DNA from: an uncultured Bdellovibrionales bacterium
GTDB lineage: Bacteria > Patescibacteriota > Minisyncoccia > Moranbacterales > UBA1568
Direction of reading: 5' to 3'
Assembly (NCBI GenBank): GCA_964436855.1
Contig: CAYTED010000001.1
Coordinates: forward strand, 21-64,020
Length of the DNA: 64,000 nucleotides
The position numbers and the translations under genes were made by a program. Positions 55,401 to 64,000 of this stretch are shown here, piece by piece. Every line of letters begins with the position of its first letter. Positions within the stretch are counted from its first letter, which is position 1. The notes beneath the pieces were generated by a model, which was given only the letters and a program-made list of their open reading frames with translations, was not told where the DNA came from and searched no databases.

Positions 55401-55502
55401 AATGGAGATAACACTTTCGTCTTCGGGAACTTCCTGCGCGAAGACGACTGTGGGACAAAGTAAAACAGGAACCGAAAGAATTCGGAAGAGATTACTTCGC
55501 AT
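52452..55502 (-). CDS. 1016-aa secreted multidomain protein: signal peptide, beta-helix-like N-terminus, alpha/beta-hydrolase (lipase/esterase, GxSxG = AHSMGG), and C-terminal Ig-like/OmpL47-type barrel domains.
   Basis: The signal peptide is MRSNLFRILSVPVLLCPTVVFA. The lipase elbow is IAAHSMGGLVAREY. The C-terminal domain is TTLSLSGTEGANGWYTSDVSIALSA…TEYSFDSGTTW…. Confidence 0.6.
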   Translation of the reverse strand: MRSNLFRILSVPVLLCPTVVFAQEVPEDESVISIVEDTVWIKDSELSFDKPVIVSGATLTIEEGVHITLSDSFGGYGLFQIQGGRVLANGTETNPIVFAPKDETAHYQVFFQGSVENDPSLFRHVHFLDGGKENEEAGGDFGTTPGLPTLHFFEGRLRIENSLFQGSLSSDIRAEYPYRWGEGADTLSIINSNFSYYIPYKRSDNNIPIGNTEDFYRQANEAVSIGDGSCPEGAVCEPIVSLRNNYYGDITGPRGDVSNDYGHFGEGKKVSGTVAYSGFRQNDLLADPLIIVPGILGSEKNDNGEWVLDPILHIYDDLVASLKKNGYEEGRNLFLFPYDWKRDNRDTANDLKQKITDIKNETGSEKVDIAAHSMGGLVAREYIEGDAYQSDVDQLVTLGTPHRGAPKAYLMWEGGEFGTDLLDSVLKHHFTIEAEHSGYSSLYEYIRGAVFSVKQLLPDYDYLFDLGSETMRSYPENYSRNEFLENLTMNVNALNGVRSLSVIGKQSIQKSIEKIKLIHTSKLGKWENGMPLDFYSDNPENGFSFSSGDGTVPLSSAEALPSDKEEILDAEHTELPSRARCLVFHELSGRSECKEIIEVNVPNIFLIKVFSPIDIQVVSPSGKRIGKNFKTGDIINEIEGAFYTGYQTKNEFITIPNPEDGEYKILTQGTGEGNYRIEATKITEDPDMGEAKESTATLRGTATLLAEEEQAIAIEGDTVTGGGETDTIPPVTTLSLSGTEGANGWYTSDVSIALSAADNENGTGIQKTEYSFDSGTTWRIYTDPFVLSQEGIATIQYFSTDQMGNKEEVKIQTIKIDKTAPEAKISFNPEVQKLDIVGMDAFSQSVSVVMMDSVIPSEVEGPQFRDSSTRRLARNDKEKQKEIKTVTLTDAAGHRTELSFEKERDRFGRISIEFKSIAYDGVSANLPKTTLDYKWILRLRQDTNEYALFASHIRTDTVKLESHYLPKKHQTVIMEKPRDLSDEGDDNTDRRPVRKKISGMIIPGLTTEKGNVKVYY

Positions 55503-55776
55503 ATTTGTTTCGGAAAAAATTTACAAGGAGTGAAGCGAGAAGAACGAGGTTGAGAAGTGGCCAAATAGTAACAACAAAAGAAACAAACCATTTTAAGTCA
55601 TAAAAAGAATAAAATAGAGATCGTCTATCAAAATAAAAAATCACATTCGCAAAAAAAGAAAGGACAAGCGTGCCGAGAAGATATTTTTTCTTCACGAGGA
55701 GCGCGATTCCGATACAAAGAGGGATGAGATAGAACATGAACATAATCGTAAAATTGTCCGCTGTACTTCCAAACAT
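55492..55776 (-). CDS. Small membrane protein, hypothetical.
   Basis: The 94-aa product has 3 TM helices. It overlaps the start of the giant secreted-protein gene. Confidence 0.3.
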   Translation of the reverse strand: MFGSTADNFTIMFMFYLIPLCIGIALLVKKKYLLGTLVLSFFANVIFYFDRRSLFYSFYDLKWFVSFVVTIWPLLNLVLLASLLVNFFRNKYAK

Positions 55777-55852
55777 AATTTTTCTTTTTACAATTTATCC
55801 CCTTCTACTCTACCACAAAAAACCGCCTCGGTTTCCCGAAGCGGTCGATCGT

Positions 55853-57160
55853 TTACACTCCGATTCCATGATACGTGAAGCCTTCTTTTTCCGCTTCTTT
55901 TCGTTCGAAAATATTGCGGCCATCGATAATGACACGCTCCTTCATACGCGAAGCGAGTTCCGGATACTCTGCGGTCCGAAATTCATCCCATTCTGTGCAC
56001 ACAACAAGCGCATCAACCCCGTCCACTGCCTCATAAGAATTTGTGCAATACTGGACTCGTTTATCAGGGAAAACTCCCTTGAAGTTCTCCTCCGCAACAG
56101 GATCGAATGCGCGAACCTTTGCCCCGGCCTTCAAAAGTTCTCCAATCACATACTGCGCCGGCGCCTCGCGCACATCGTCGGTTCGCGGTTTAAACGAAAG
56201 TCCCCAAATTCCAATTGTTTTTCCCTTCAAATTTTTAAAATGTTTCTTGAGTATTCCAATCGGACGAAGTTTTTGTTTATCATTGACCTCATCCGCCGCA
56301 CGAATAATCGAAAAATCAAAGTCATATTCCTTGCCGGTTTGCATAAGCGCCTGCACATCCTTTGGAAAACACGAGCCACCATATCCAATACCCGCATAGA
56401 GAAAACGCGACCCGATTCTCGTATCCGCCCCCATACCCTTTGCCACCTCTTTGATATTCGCACCCGCGAGTTCGCAGAAATTCGCCATCTCGTTTGCGAA
56501 GGTAATTTTCACAGCAAGAAACGCATTCGAGGCATATTTGATAAGTTCAGCCGAACGGATATCCGTCACTATCACCGGTCGCCCTGCGCGAGCAATTGGC
56601 CGATAGATTTTTTCCATGATTTCCTTGGCACGCTCGGTCGCAACCCCGACAACCACGCGATCAGGATTGAGAAAATCCTTAATCGCAGCCCCTTCGCGAA
56701 GAAATTCCGGATTGGAAACAATATCAAATTCATATTTTCCCTTGGACGCGTGCGTCACAATATCCCGAACTCTATCCGCCGTACCAACCGGAACCGTTGA
56801 TTTGTTCACGAGAATTTTATATCCATTCAAATTTTTCCCAAACGCCTCCGCAACCGCATGCACATACTGCATATCCGCTTGCCCTGTCTTCTTGTCTTCC
56901 GGCGTCCCAACAGCACTGAATACGACTTCGGCGGATTTTATGGCCTCGGAAATAGACGACATAAATGAAAGGCGATCTTCCTTGACATTTTTCTCTACCA
57001 ACTCCTCAAGCCCGAGTTCGTAAATCGGCATGATGCCTTTTTTCAATTTTGCAATTTTCTTCTTATCAATATCGGCACACACCACCGTATGCCCCAGTTC
57101 TGCCATACATGCTCCCGTCACCAATCCAACATATCCCGTACCGATAAAAGCTAATTTCAT
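55853..57160 (-). CDS. ugd: UDP-glucose 6-dehydrogenase.
   Basis: It begins MKLAFIGTGYVGLVTGACMAELGH… and carries the catalytic Cys region and a UDPG_MGDP_dh C-terminal domain. Confidence 0.85.
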   Translation of the reverse strand: MKLAFIGTGYVGLVTGACMAELGHTVVCADIDKKKIAKLKKGIMPIYELGLEELVEKNVKEDRLSFMSSISEAIKSAEVVFSAVGTPEDKKTGQADMQYVHAVAEAFGKNLNGYKILVNKSTVPVGTADRVRDIVTHASKGKYEFDIVSNPEFLREGAAIKDFLNPDRVVVGVATERAKEIMEKIYRPIARAGRPVIVTDIRSAELIKYASNAFLAVKITFANEMANFCELAGANIKEVAKGMGADTRIGSRFLYAGIGYGGSCFPKDVQALMQTGKEYDFDFSIIRAADEVNDKQKLRPIGILKKHFKNLKGKTIGIWGLSFKPRTDDVREAPAQYVIGELLKAGAKVRAFDPVAEENFKGVFPDKRVQYCTNSYEAVDGVDALVVCTEWDEFRTAEYPELASRMKERVIIDGRNIFERKEAEKEGFTYHGIGV

Positions 57161-57236
57161 ATTTTCATAAAGCACGAAACATAGAGCACAAAACAAGCAC
57201 GAACTGTTCTATACCGTAGTCCCATGTTGTATTTAA

Positions 57237-58175
57237 TTATTGTATCCTCATTTCTCGGACGCTATAATTCATCCGTCGATGCATCTTGTAATAATTTCGC
57301 ATCACCATATCCGCAAGTAAGCCGGAAATAAAGAGCTGAAGCCCTACCAGCACGAAAAAGACACCGATAAGCGGCCAAATACGATCGGCAATCGAGGCTC
57401 CAAAAAACATTTTTTCTACAAACATCCACGCTAAAATCGCAACGCCGGTCATCGAAAGACACAATCCGGCTCCCCCAAACAAGTGAATAGGTCGATACGA
57501 ATACTTCCGCCAGAACCAAATCGATATCATATCGACAAACCCTTTGAGCGCGCGCTTCCAGTTATATTTCGTCTTCCCGTGCAGTCTCGGATAATGAGAA
57601 ACTTTCACTTCAGTCACACGAAAACCCTCCAACTGAAGAAGGGCCGGGATAAAACGATGCATCTCGCCAAAAAGATCGAGATCTTCAAAACATTCCTTGC
57701 GATACGCCTTCAGGCTGCACCCGGAATCATGAATACCGTCTTTTACGAGAATGAGGCGTAAAATATTCGCACCCCGCGAAAAGAAACGCTTCATAAAAGA
57801 ATCTTTCCGCTTCCAACGCCACCCGGCAACCACATCATACCCTTCATCAATCTTTGCAAGAAGAAGCGGGATATCGTTTGGATCATTTTGAAGGTCGCCG
57901 TCAATCGTAACTATAATATCACCCGATGAAGCCTTGATACCGGCATCAAACGCCGCAGTCTGACCAAAATTTCTCCGAAATATAACCAGCTTGAGCGGCG
58001 ATAAGCCGCGACACAATTCAAGCGTCTTATCTTTTGACCCGTCATCAACAAAGACAATTTCAAACGGCTTTTCAATTTTTTGCAAACTCGCAAGAATTCG
58101 ACGATACAATTCCTGCACATTCCCCTCTTCATTATATAAGGGAACAACAACCGACAAATACGGTTTTCCTTCCAT
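57237..58175 (-). CDS. GT2 polyprenyl-phosphate glycosyltransferase (GtrB/ArnC/Dpm1-like) with C-terminal TM helices.
   Basis: It contains LSVVVPLYNEEGN…VFVDDGSKDKT…TIDGDLQNDP and two C-terminal TM helices. Confidence 0.8.
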   Translation of the reverse strand: MEGKPYLSVVVPLYNEEGNVQELYRRILASLQKIEKPFEIVFVDDGSKDKTLELCRGLSPLKLVIFRRNFGQTAAFDAGIKASSGDIIVTIDGDLQNDPNDIPLLLAKIDEGYDVVAGWRWKRKDSFMKRFFSRGANILRLILVKDGIHDSGCSLKAYRKECFEDLDLFGEMHRFIPALLQLEGFRVTEVKVSHYPRLHGKTKYNWKRALKGFVDMISIWFWRKYSYRPIHLFGGAGLCLSMTGVAILAWMFVEKMFFGASIADRIWPLIGVFFVLVGLQLFISGLLADMVMRNYYKMHRRMNYSVREMRIQ

Positions 58176-58380
58176 ACGATAGTTTTAGATGGTTTGTACC
58201 CCTATTTTATCCCAGAAGAAATGGCTTGGCAAACCCTTTTCAAAAAGTTCCCAGACTTGAAAAAACTCGGTATACTGGATGAGAGATAGAAGTATGGAGG
58301 TGAGAAGGCGACCATGCCACATCCCTTCGGGAAGTATAGTGGACAAAAATCAGGGGGGATGTAAGATTTTGTTTTGAGCT

Positions 58381-59142
58381 TTGAGTTTTTTATCTATGCC
58401 CCCCGCCCTCCACAACGAACTGTCCGTTATTATTCCCTGCTACAAAGAAGCCGAAGTCATTCGGAAGAATATTCTCACGGTTTTCGACTATCTCAAGGGA
58501 AAATTCAGTCGCTTTGAAATAATTGTTATTACCGATGGCAGCCCAGACGATACCTTGAATATCGTGAAAATCTTGAAGGAAGAGCGAAAAGATATCCCGC
58601 TTCGGATTTTTTCATTTGAGAAAAATCACGGAAAAGGTGCTGCCGTACGTGCCGGTATCCTGAAAAGTAAATACGATCCGGTTATGTTCATCGATGCCGA
58701 TCTCACCATCCCGATCGACGAACTTGATTCGTTTCTTCAAGCACTCGAAAGCGCCGACATCGCCATTGCCTCACGCCTCGTTTCCGGATCACGATTCGAA
58801 GAACCCTCGCCATGGTACCGCGTCCTTACGGCACGCGGATTTCACCTCCTTCAAATTTTCATTCTCGGAAACTTTGAATTTTCCGATACCCAGTGCGGAT
58901 TCAAAGTGTTTCGCCGATCGGCCGCGCTCAATCTCTTTGGTCGATCTCGCGTTAATCGTTTTGCTTTCGATACGGAAATCCTGTTTCTCGCAAAAAAACA
59001 AAACTATCGCATTACCATTCTTCCCGTTCGAATCGAAAAAGACCCTCGAAACACCAATGTCCGAGTATTTCGCGACTCTATCAATATGTTCGGCGCGCTC
59101 CTCAAAATCCGATTGAATCAATTCTTCAAACGATACCGATAA
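58381..59142 (+). CDS. Glycosyltransferase family 2 (soluble Dpm1-like).
   Basis: It contains LSVIIPCYKEAEV…ITDGSPDDT…FIDADLTIP. Confidence 0.75.
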   Translation: MSFLSMPPALHNELSVIIPCYKEAEVIRKNILTVFDYLKGKFSRFEIIVITDGSPDDTLNIVKILKEERKDIPLRIFSFEKNHGKGAAVRAGILKSKYDPVMFIDADLTIPIDELDSFLQALESADIAIASRLVSGSRFEEPSPWYRVLTARGFHLLQIFILGNFEFSDTQCGFKVFRRSAALNLFGRSRVNRFAFDTEILFLAKKQNYRITILPVRIEKDPRNTNVRVFRDSINMFGALLKIRLNQFFKRYR

Positions 59143-59206
59143 AACAAGAAGCATGCACTCTGAAAGAACCTTTTTCCCAACCCGCCGAAACATCGAAAAT
59201 ACCTCT

Positions 59207-59908
59207 ATGAAAGAAATATCATCGCCACCCCGAAATATTTGGATCGTTGTACCGGCGTATAACGAAGAAAAGGTCATCGCATCCGTGATTCATGAAATTC
59301 GATCGGCAGGATATTCAAATATCATTGTTGTTGATGATGGCAGTCAGGACCACACTTATAACAAAACTAAAGAAATAACTGGCATCGTGGCACTTCGCCA
59401 TGCTATCAATCGTGGTAAGGGCGCCGCCACCAAAACCGGTATCGAAGCCGCCAAACAAAAAGGAGCTGAAATTATCGTCACTATGGATGGTGACGGTCAG
59501 CACGACCCGCGTGATATCAAGAACCTCATTCATCCGATTCGTGAACACGAATACGATGTGGTGCTTGGTTCACGTCTCATCAACTGCAAAGGAATGCCCT
59601 GGTACAAGATTCTTCACAACAGAATCGGGAATATTCTTGTTTGGTATATCTATGGTCTCTATGTCACTGATAGTCAATCCGGTTTCCGCGCCTATTCACA
59701 TCATGCCACTGAAGTCATAAACACCAAGACTGATCGCTATGAGTACGACAGCGAAGTTATTCGCGAAATCTATCTCTATAAACTAAAATACAAAGAAATA
59801 GCAATTGCCGTCCGTTACACCGACTATTCAATGAGTAAACTTCACAAACAAAATCTTGTAAACGGCATTAAAACTCTCTATCGGATGATCTGGCGCCTGA
59901 TTCACTAA
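59207..59908 (+). CDS. Glycosyltransferase family 2 (Dpm1-like).
   Basis: It contains IWIVVPAYNEEKV…VVDDGSQDHT…TMDGDGQHDP. Confidence 0.8.
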   Translation: MKEISSPPRNIWIVVPAYNEEKVIASVIHEIRSAGYSNIIVVDDGSQDHTYNKTKEITGIVALRHAINRGKGAATKTGIEAAKQKGAEIIVTMDGDGQHDPRDIKNLIHPIREHEYDVVLGSRLINCKGMPWYKILHNRIGNILVWYIYGLYVTDSQSGFRAYSHHATEVINTKTDRYEYDSEVIREIYLYKLKYKEIAIAVRYTDYSMSKLHKQNLVNGIKTLYRMIWRLIH

Positions 59909-59936
59909 AATATCTAATATCCATTATCCCAATTAT

Positions 59937-60287
59937 ATGGAACTCAAACTCTATCAAATCGTCATTGCGGTGATCGCTCTCTTTATGGTCTATCAGGGCG
60001 GAAAAAATTATTTTTGCAAACAAAGCGGCCAAACTTTTCTCAAATTCTTCGTCCGACTCCTTGTCTGGGGCGGCATGGCTTCAGTCGTTCTTTTTCCAAG
60101 TCTCACCAACCTCGCAGCAAAGGTTATCGGAATAGAAGACAACGTAAACGCCGTTATCCTCACTGGATTCATCCTCGTCTTTTTAATGATCTTCAAACTC
60201 CTCTCTGCCATCGAACGCCTCGAACAGCAACTCACTTCACTGACACGAAAGGAAGCGCTCGAAGAAATTTCGGACAAGAATCAGTAA
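59937..60287 (+). CDS. Small two-TM membrane protein (DUF2304-like, often found next to GtrB-type GT2 genes).
   Basis: The 116-aa product has two hydrophobic helices and an amphipathic tail. Confidence 0.35.
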   Translation: MELKLYQIVIAVIALFMVYQGGKNYFCKQSGQTFLKFFVRLLVWGGMASVVLFPSLTNLAAKVIGIEDNVNAVILTGFILVFLMIFKLLSAIERLEQQLTSLTRKEALEEISDKNQ

Positions 60288-60298
60288 CCATCGCTTTC

Positions 60299-62416
60299 AT
60301 GACACGATTTGGAAGAACCTTCTGGATTAATATTCTTTTCTTTGGTGTGTACGCTGTGCTCACCTTTTTTCAATCGCTTTACGATCATTCTTTTTTGAGA
60401 ATTTCCGCATCAGTCATTACCCTCATTGTTATTTTTCCACTCACTGGACTTAATGCAACACTGCTTCTTGAGAAAATCTCTCATCAAAAATTCACTAATT
60501 CAGAAAGATTGAGTATTGCTACCATTTTCTCATTTTTAGTTTTACCCATTTTTATAACAATAGAATCAGCTCATTTTAACACTCTCTCACCAACAACCCC
60601 CCTTATAAATTCCCTCGCTATCTTTCTTCTTACCATTCTATTTTCCCCACTTTCCCTCGAAAGCACACAACCCGAACATATTCCAAAAACCCTTTTTTGG
60701 TCTTTTGGTATCGCTTTTTTCCTCTACTTTTTTCTCATTTTTTTCACTGTCACCGCTTATTATCCCCTTCCGGATAGCGATCCTTATTACTGGGCACCAA
60801 AAATTCAGACGGAGGTAGATACCCATTCCCTTCCCGCGCTCCATATTCATCGCCCCCTTCTCTCCTCACTTACTTATATGTTCCACGCTACAGCCAATGT
60901 AGACTTTTATGCTTTTTTCAAATATGTTCTTCCTTTTTTCTTCATGCTCACTATCATCCCCGCCTTTCTTGTTGCTCGGCATTTCCCTAATCAATTGCAG
61001 CAACTTGCGATACTTTTCATTCCCCTTGGAAGTGCCTCCTTTATCACATACTCTCTCCTCCCTATCCCTCAAGCTACTCTCAATCTCTCTCTTGTTTTTT
61101 TTGTATATCTTCTTCTCTATTCTTGGTTAGAAAAAAAATTATTTTTTTATTTTCTCGCCGGTTTCGTATCCTTCGCTACTTTGTTGTATCACGAAGCAGC
61201 TTTCTTAATTTTCTTGGTATGGCTCACGATAACAATCATCCGATATCGAGACGGGCTTCTCAATACAATTCGAAAAAACATCCTCTCTTCTATACTTATT
61301 GTTATCATCTTTCTCTATAACCTTCCCCTCCTACAATATGTCTACGGATTCCTTGCAAATTGGTTAAAGCGCCTCAATGAACTGATTACCATTAGTAGCT
61401 CCCTAAACCTCACCTTCCCCCTCCATTATGTCAATATTGATGGCAACAATGTAGGATGGGAAACACTCTCGGGTATATTCAAATACTATGCATTCTATGT
61501 CGGACCAACGACTGGATTCGTTCTCTGTATCTCTCTCATCCTTTTTATATTCCCAGCAGCCAGAACACAGCTTTGGGAACATATCCGTAAGAACCAATCC
61601 ATCACTCCTCTTGCAGGTACATTCCTGCTCTTCTTTACTCTTGCAGAAATTCTGCCTCGATTTTTGAATATCGCATTCCTTCCGGAACGATCGTGGGGAT
61701 TCGCGGGACTCTTTCTTATCGGCCTCCTTCCTCTCATTTTCCGCATTCTTCCATCACGACAAAACTTCATTGCCATAATCCTCATTGCTGCATACTTGAT
61801 AAATGCGGGTGCCTTTCTCTATATTAACTCGCTCAAAAAAAATACTATTCCATCTTCTCATATCACTGCAATGGAATGGGTCAAAAACAACCTTCCAAAA
61901 AACGCCATCATTCTGGCTTATGGAAACCGTGGCATGATACAGCTTCATACCCAAACCGAAACAATAGATATTACCAATCCAAAATTCTACTCCGACATAT
62001 CTGTTTTTGATTCTTTTATAAATTCAGTAAAATTGGAAATATCTGATATCGATACAATACAGGCAAACTATCTCGCAACAACTTCATTGGCCATTGAAAC
62101 CATCAAAAAAACCCCTCCTGAAAATAGAAACGAGCTTCTTAATACACTTGATATAATCAGCACTGAATCAATATTTTTCGAAAATAAGCTCCGGTATTCC
62201 CAAAAAAACAAACACGATATTCCCGAGGAAAAACCACTTTTTATTTACTACACTCGTCCAAACAACAACACCCTCTATTCCGATCGACCATACTCCAGAA
62301 AAAAATCTGATGAATTAGTGATACCTATCTTCGATACCTATCCAGATCGGTTTCAAAGAGTTTACAGTGCCGCAGACAATGAAATAATTGTCTGGAAATT
62401 TATCACAAAAAAATAA
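60299..62416 (+). CDS. 705-aa polytopic membrane protein, possibly a GT-C-type transferase, with AT-rich, atypical composition.
   Basis: It has at least 14 TM helices and a C-terminal soluble domain. It is markedly more AT-rich than its neighbours. I placed the start at the ATG at 60299, after the upstream stop. Confidence 0.4.
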   Translation: MTRFGRTFWINILFFGVYAVLTFFQSLYDHSFLRISASVITLIVIFPLTGLNATLLLEKISHQKFTNSERLSIATIFSFLVLPIFITIESAHFNTLSPTTPLINSLAIFLLTILFSPLSLESTQPEHIPKTLFWSFGIAFFLYFFLIFFTVTAYYPLPDSDPYYWAPKIQTEVDTHSLPALHIHRPLLSSLTYMFHATANVDFYAFFKYVLPFFFMLTIIPAFLVARHFPNQLQQLAILFIPLGSASFITYSLLPIPQATLNLSLVFFVYLLLYSWLEKKLFFYFLAGFVSFATLLYHEAAFLIFLVWLTITIIRYRDGLLNTIRKNILSSILIVIIFLYNLPLLQYVYGFLANWLKRLNELITISSSLNLTFPLHYVNIDGNNVGWETLSGIFKYYAFYVGPTTGFVLCISLILFIFPAARTQLWEHIRKNQSITPLAGTFLLFFTLAEILPRFLNIAFLPERSWGFAGLFLIGLLPLIFRILPSRQNFIAIILIAAYLINAGAFLYINSLKKNTIPSSHITAMEWVKNNLPKNAIILAYGNRGMIQLHTQTETIDITNPKFYSDISVFDSFINSVKLEISDIDTIQANYLATTSLAIETIKKTPPENRNELLNTLDIISTESIFFENKLRYSQKNKHDIPEEKPLFIYYTRPNNNTLYSDRPYSRKKSDELVIPIFDTYPDRFQRVYSAADNEIIVWKFITKK

Positions 62417-62422
62417 CTTTTT

Positions 62423-63586
62423 ATGAAAATCATCATCTTCTCTCCATTCTATCCGCCACATATCGGCGGACTCGAATCACACAGCGACGAATTCAACAAG
62501 CACCTCGCGGCACGTGGAGCCGAAATAACCGTCTTCACCCCACGACTTCCGAAAGATGCTCCGGAAAACGAAATTCGCTACAAGAGTGTCCGCATCGTCC
62601 GCTTTCCCGCTTGGGAATTGTTTCACAACTATCCCCTACCTGCGTACTGGCCATTCTGGTGGAGTTTTGATTTCTTCCGACTCTTCCGGAAACTCCTCCG
62701 AGAAAAACCGGATCTTGTCATTTCGCGAACCCGATTTTTCGCTCCATCGCTCCTTGCGGTTTTCTACGCACGGCTCAAGCACATTCCACTCGTCCATATC
62801 GAACACGGCTCTGATTTCGCGAAATTTAACGGTACCCTCAAAACCAAACTCGGTGAACTCTACGATTGGATCTTCGGACGCTTCGTTCTGCGATCAGCCG
62901 ATCTTGTTATCGGAAATTCGGAAGCTTCGGCTCATTTTGTACGAACACTTTCCGGGCGGACTGACTGTAAAATCATCTATCGCGGTGTGGAAACGGAAAA
63001 AATTTCAAACATTTTTCCTGACACAGCTTTTTCAAAAAACAAAATTCATATCACCTACCTCGGACGCCTCATCGATGGGAAGGGTGTAATTGATCTTCTC
63101 CAAGCCCTCACGAAACTCAACCTCAATACCTTCCACTGTCATATTATCGGCAACGGTCCAGAACTCAAACGATTGCAAACCTTCGCGCAAGAACATCACC
63201 TTGAAGACAATCTCACCTTCCACGGACACCAATCCTTCGAAAACGCAATTGCACTTCTCAAGGCAAGCGATATCATTGTCAATCCAAGCTACACCGAAGG
63301 ACTCCCTACTTCAATCACTGAAGCTGCTCTTTGCAAAAAAGCCATCATCGCCACGAATGTCGGCGGTACACCCGAAATAATTTCAGGAATTCATGATGGC
63401 TATCTTATCGAACCAAAAAACACTAGCCAGCTGATAAAAGCATTGACCGACCTTATCGAACATCCTGAAAAAAGGCTCCTCTTCGGACAAAACGCCTACC
63501 AAAGCGTAAAGGCTAAATTCGATTGGAATGAGTCCGCAAAAAAATACCTTGCTGTTTTCCAAGAACTCCTCGACAATAGAAAGTGA
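62423..63586 (+). CDS. Glycosyltransferase family 4.
   Basis: The product carries VNPSYTEGLPTSITEAALCKKAIIATNVGG. Confidence 0.8.
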   Translation: MKIIIFSPFYPPHIGGLESHSDEFNKHLAARGAEITVFTPRLPKDAPENEIRYKSVRIVRFPAWELFHNYPLPAYWPFWWSFDFFRLFRKLLREKPDLVISRTRFFAPSLLAVFYARLKHIPLVHIEHGSDFAKFNGTLKTKLGELYDWIFGRFVLRSADLVIGNSEASAHFVRTLSGRTDCKIIYRGVETEKISNIFPDTAFSKNKIHITYLGRLIDGKGVIDLLQALTKLNLNTFHCHIIGNGPELKRLQTFAQEHHLEDNLTFHGHQSFENAIALLKASDIIVNPSYTEGLPTSITEAALCKKAIIATNVGGTPEIISGIHDGYLIEPKNTSQLIKALTDLIEHPEKRLLFGQNAYQSVKAKFDWNESAKKYLAVFQELLDNRK

Positions 63587-63674
63587 CACTCTTAGTGTCA
63601 TCCTGAGCGAGTCTGCGAGTCGAAGGATCTCAGTTTGGTCATTGGATTTTGATTATTGGTTATTGATTTATCGT

Positions 63675-64000
63675 ATGTGTGGCATCGCCGGAAAAATATC
63701 CTTCTCATCACAAAACGTCTCGATTCAAGCAATCGAAACGATGAATAATGCCATCAAACACCGCGGTCCCGACGATGGCGGCGTATATATTTCTCCCGAT
63801 CAAAAAGTCGGCCTCGGGCATCGTCGACTCTCGATCATCGATCTCTCCCCCCTCGGGCACCAACCGATGCGATACCTTGATCGGTATGAAATCGTTTTCA
63901 ATGGTGAGATCTACAACTTTCAGGAAAAGCGAGCACTTCTCGAGAAAGAAGGATACACCTTCGCATCCCACTCCGATACCGAGGTCATTCTCGCACTCTA
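63675..64000 (+). CDS. asnB: Asparagine synthase (glutamine-hydrolysing) AsnB-like amidotransferase. Only the N-terminus is in the window; the gene continues past the window end.
   Basis: MCGIAGKISF…HRGPDDGGVY…GLGHRRLSIIDLS… is the class-II GATase N-terminal nucleophile Cys2 domain. Confidence 0.7.
   Translation, partial: MCGIAGKISFSSQNVSIQAIETMNNAIKHRGPDDGGVYISPDQKVGLGHRRLSIIDLSPLGHQPMRYLDRYEIVFNGEIYNFQEKRALLEKEGYTFASHSDTEVILAL

Noticed and set aside
60014-60298. TTG-initiated N-terminal extension of the 60299..62416 membrane protein, overlapping the 59937..60287 gene.
   Set aside because: It runs entirely through the upstream small-protein gene in another frame. The ATG at 60299 follows that gene's stop.

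Overview
This 64-kb window looks like part of a compact, gene-dense bacterial genome of roughly 45-50% GC. The repertoire fits a small-genome or candidate-phylum (Patescibacteria/CPR-like) organism: LCP protein, many GT-C/ArnT-like transferases, short overlapping genes, E. coli-like sigma70 promoters. That placement is an inference from the sequence, not a database result.

Left part (about 1-27 kb), mostly housekeeping and envelope genes:
- nitroreductase with a divergent HxlR regulator
- a Cas4/RecB-like PD-(D/E)XK nuclease
- an M23 peptidase with a coiled-coil N-terminus
- gltX
- a TagA/WecB transferase
- a 2H-phosphoesterase (ThpR/LigT)
- a MacAB-like adaptor/ATPase/permease operon
- priA-def-fmt
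- a rhodanese-like protein
- a stand-alone groES with a CIRCE operator and no groEL
- a CtpA S41 protease
- GT2/GT4 glycosyltransferases, an LCP protein and an O-antigen-ligase-like protein

Right part (about 27-64 kb), a very large glycosylation island:
- two nucleotide-sugar 6-dehydrogenases
- at least five GT4 and four Dpm1/GtrB-like GT2 enzymes
- about six GT-C/ArnT-PMT-like polytopic membrane transferases, including a tandem paralog pair
- two O-antigen-ligase (Wzy_C) proteins, a MOP flippase and a flippase-like LPG-synthase-TM protein
- an AsnB amidotransferase, partial at the window edge
- embedded RtcB RNA ligase, a Tmk-like kinase, a DUF559 endonuclease, a MazF/PemK-like toxin and a 1016-aa secreted beta-helix/lipase/OmpL47-type protein

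No rRNA, tRNA or CRISPR was recognised.

Most unusual observations:
1. A small G/C-palindrome-terminated element family. A full copy carries a DUF559 endonuclease between a B1-type and a B2-type terminus. A roughly 98-bp ORF-less copy is inserted in-frame inside an O-antigen-ligase gene, like a Rickettsia palindromic element. A solo terminus sits in a 1-kb non-coding island.
2. A perfect 35-bp inverted repeat at window position 1 and at 37445-37479, each overlapping an ORF start.
3. A PriA whose helicase motifs I, II, III and VI are all degenerate while the zinc-binding and C-terminal regions are intact.
4. A MazF-like toxin gene translationally coupled to the giant secreted hydrolase gene, with no antitoxin, in a window that also encodes RtcB and ThpR.
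5. A consensus promoter plus intrinsic terminator bracketing a roughly 55-nt candidate sRNA.
6. Heptamer and 14-mer tandem repeats inside coding genes that could act as phase-variation switches.
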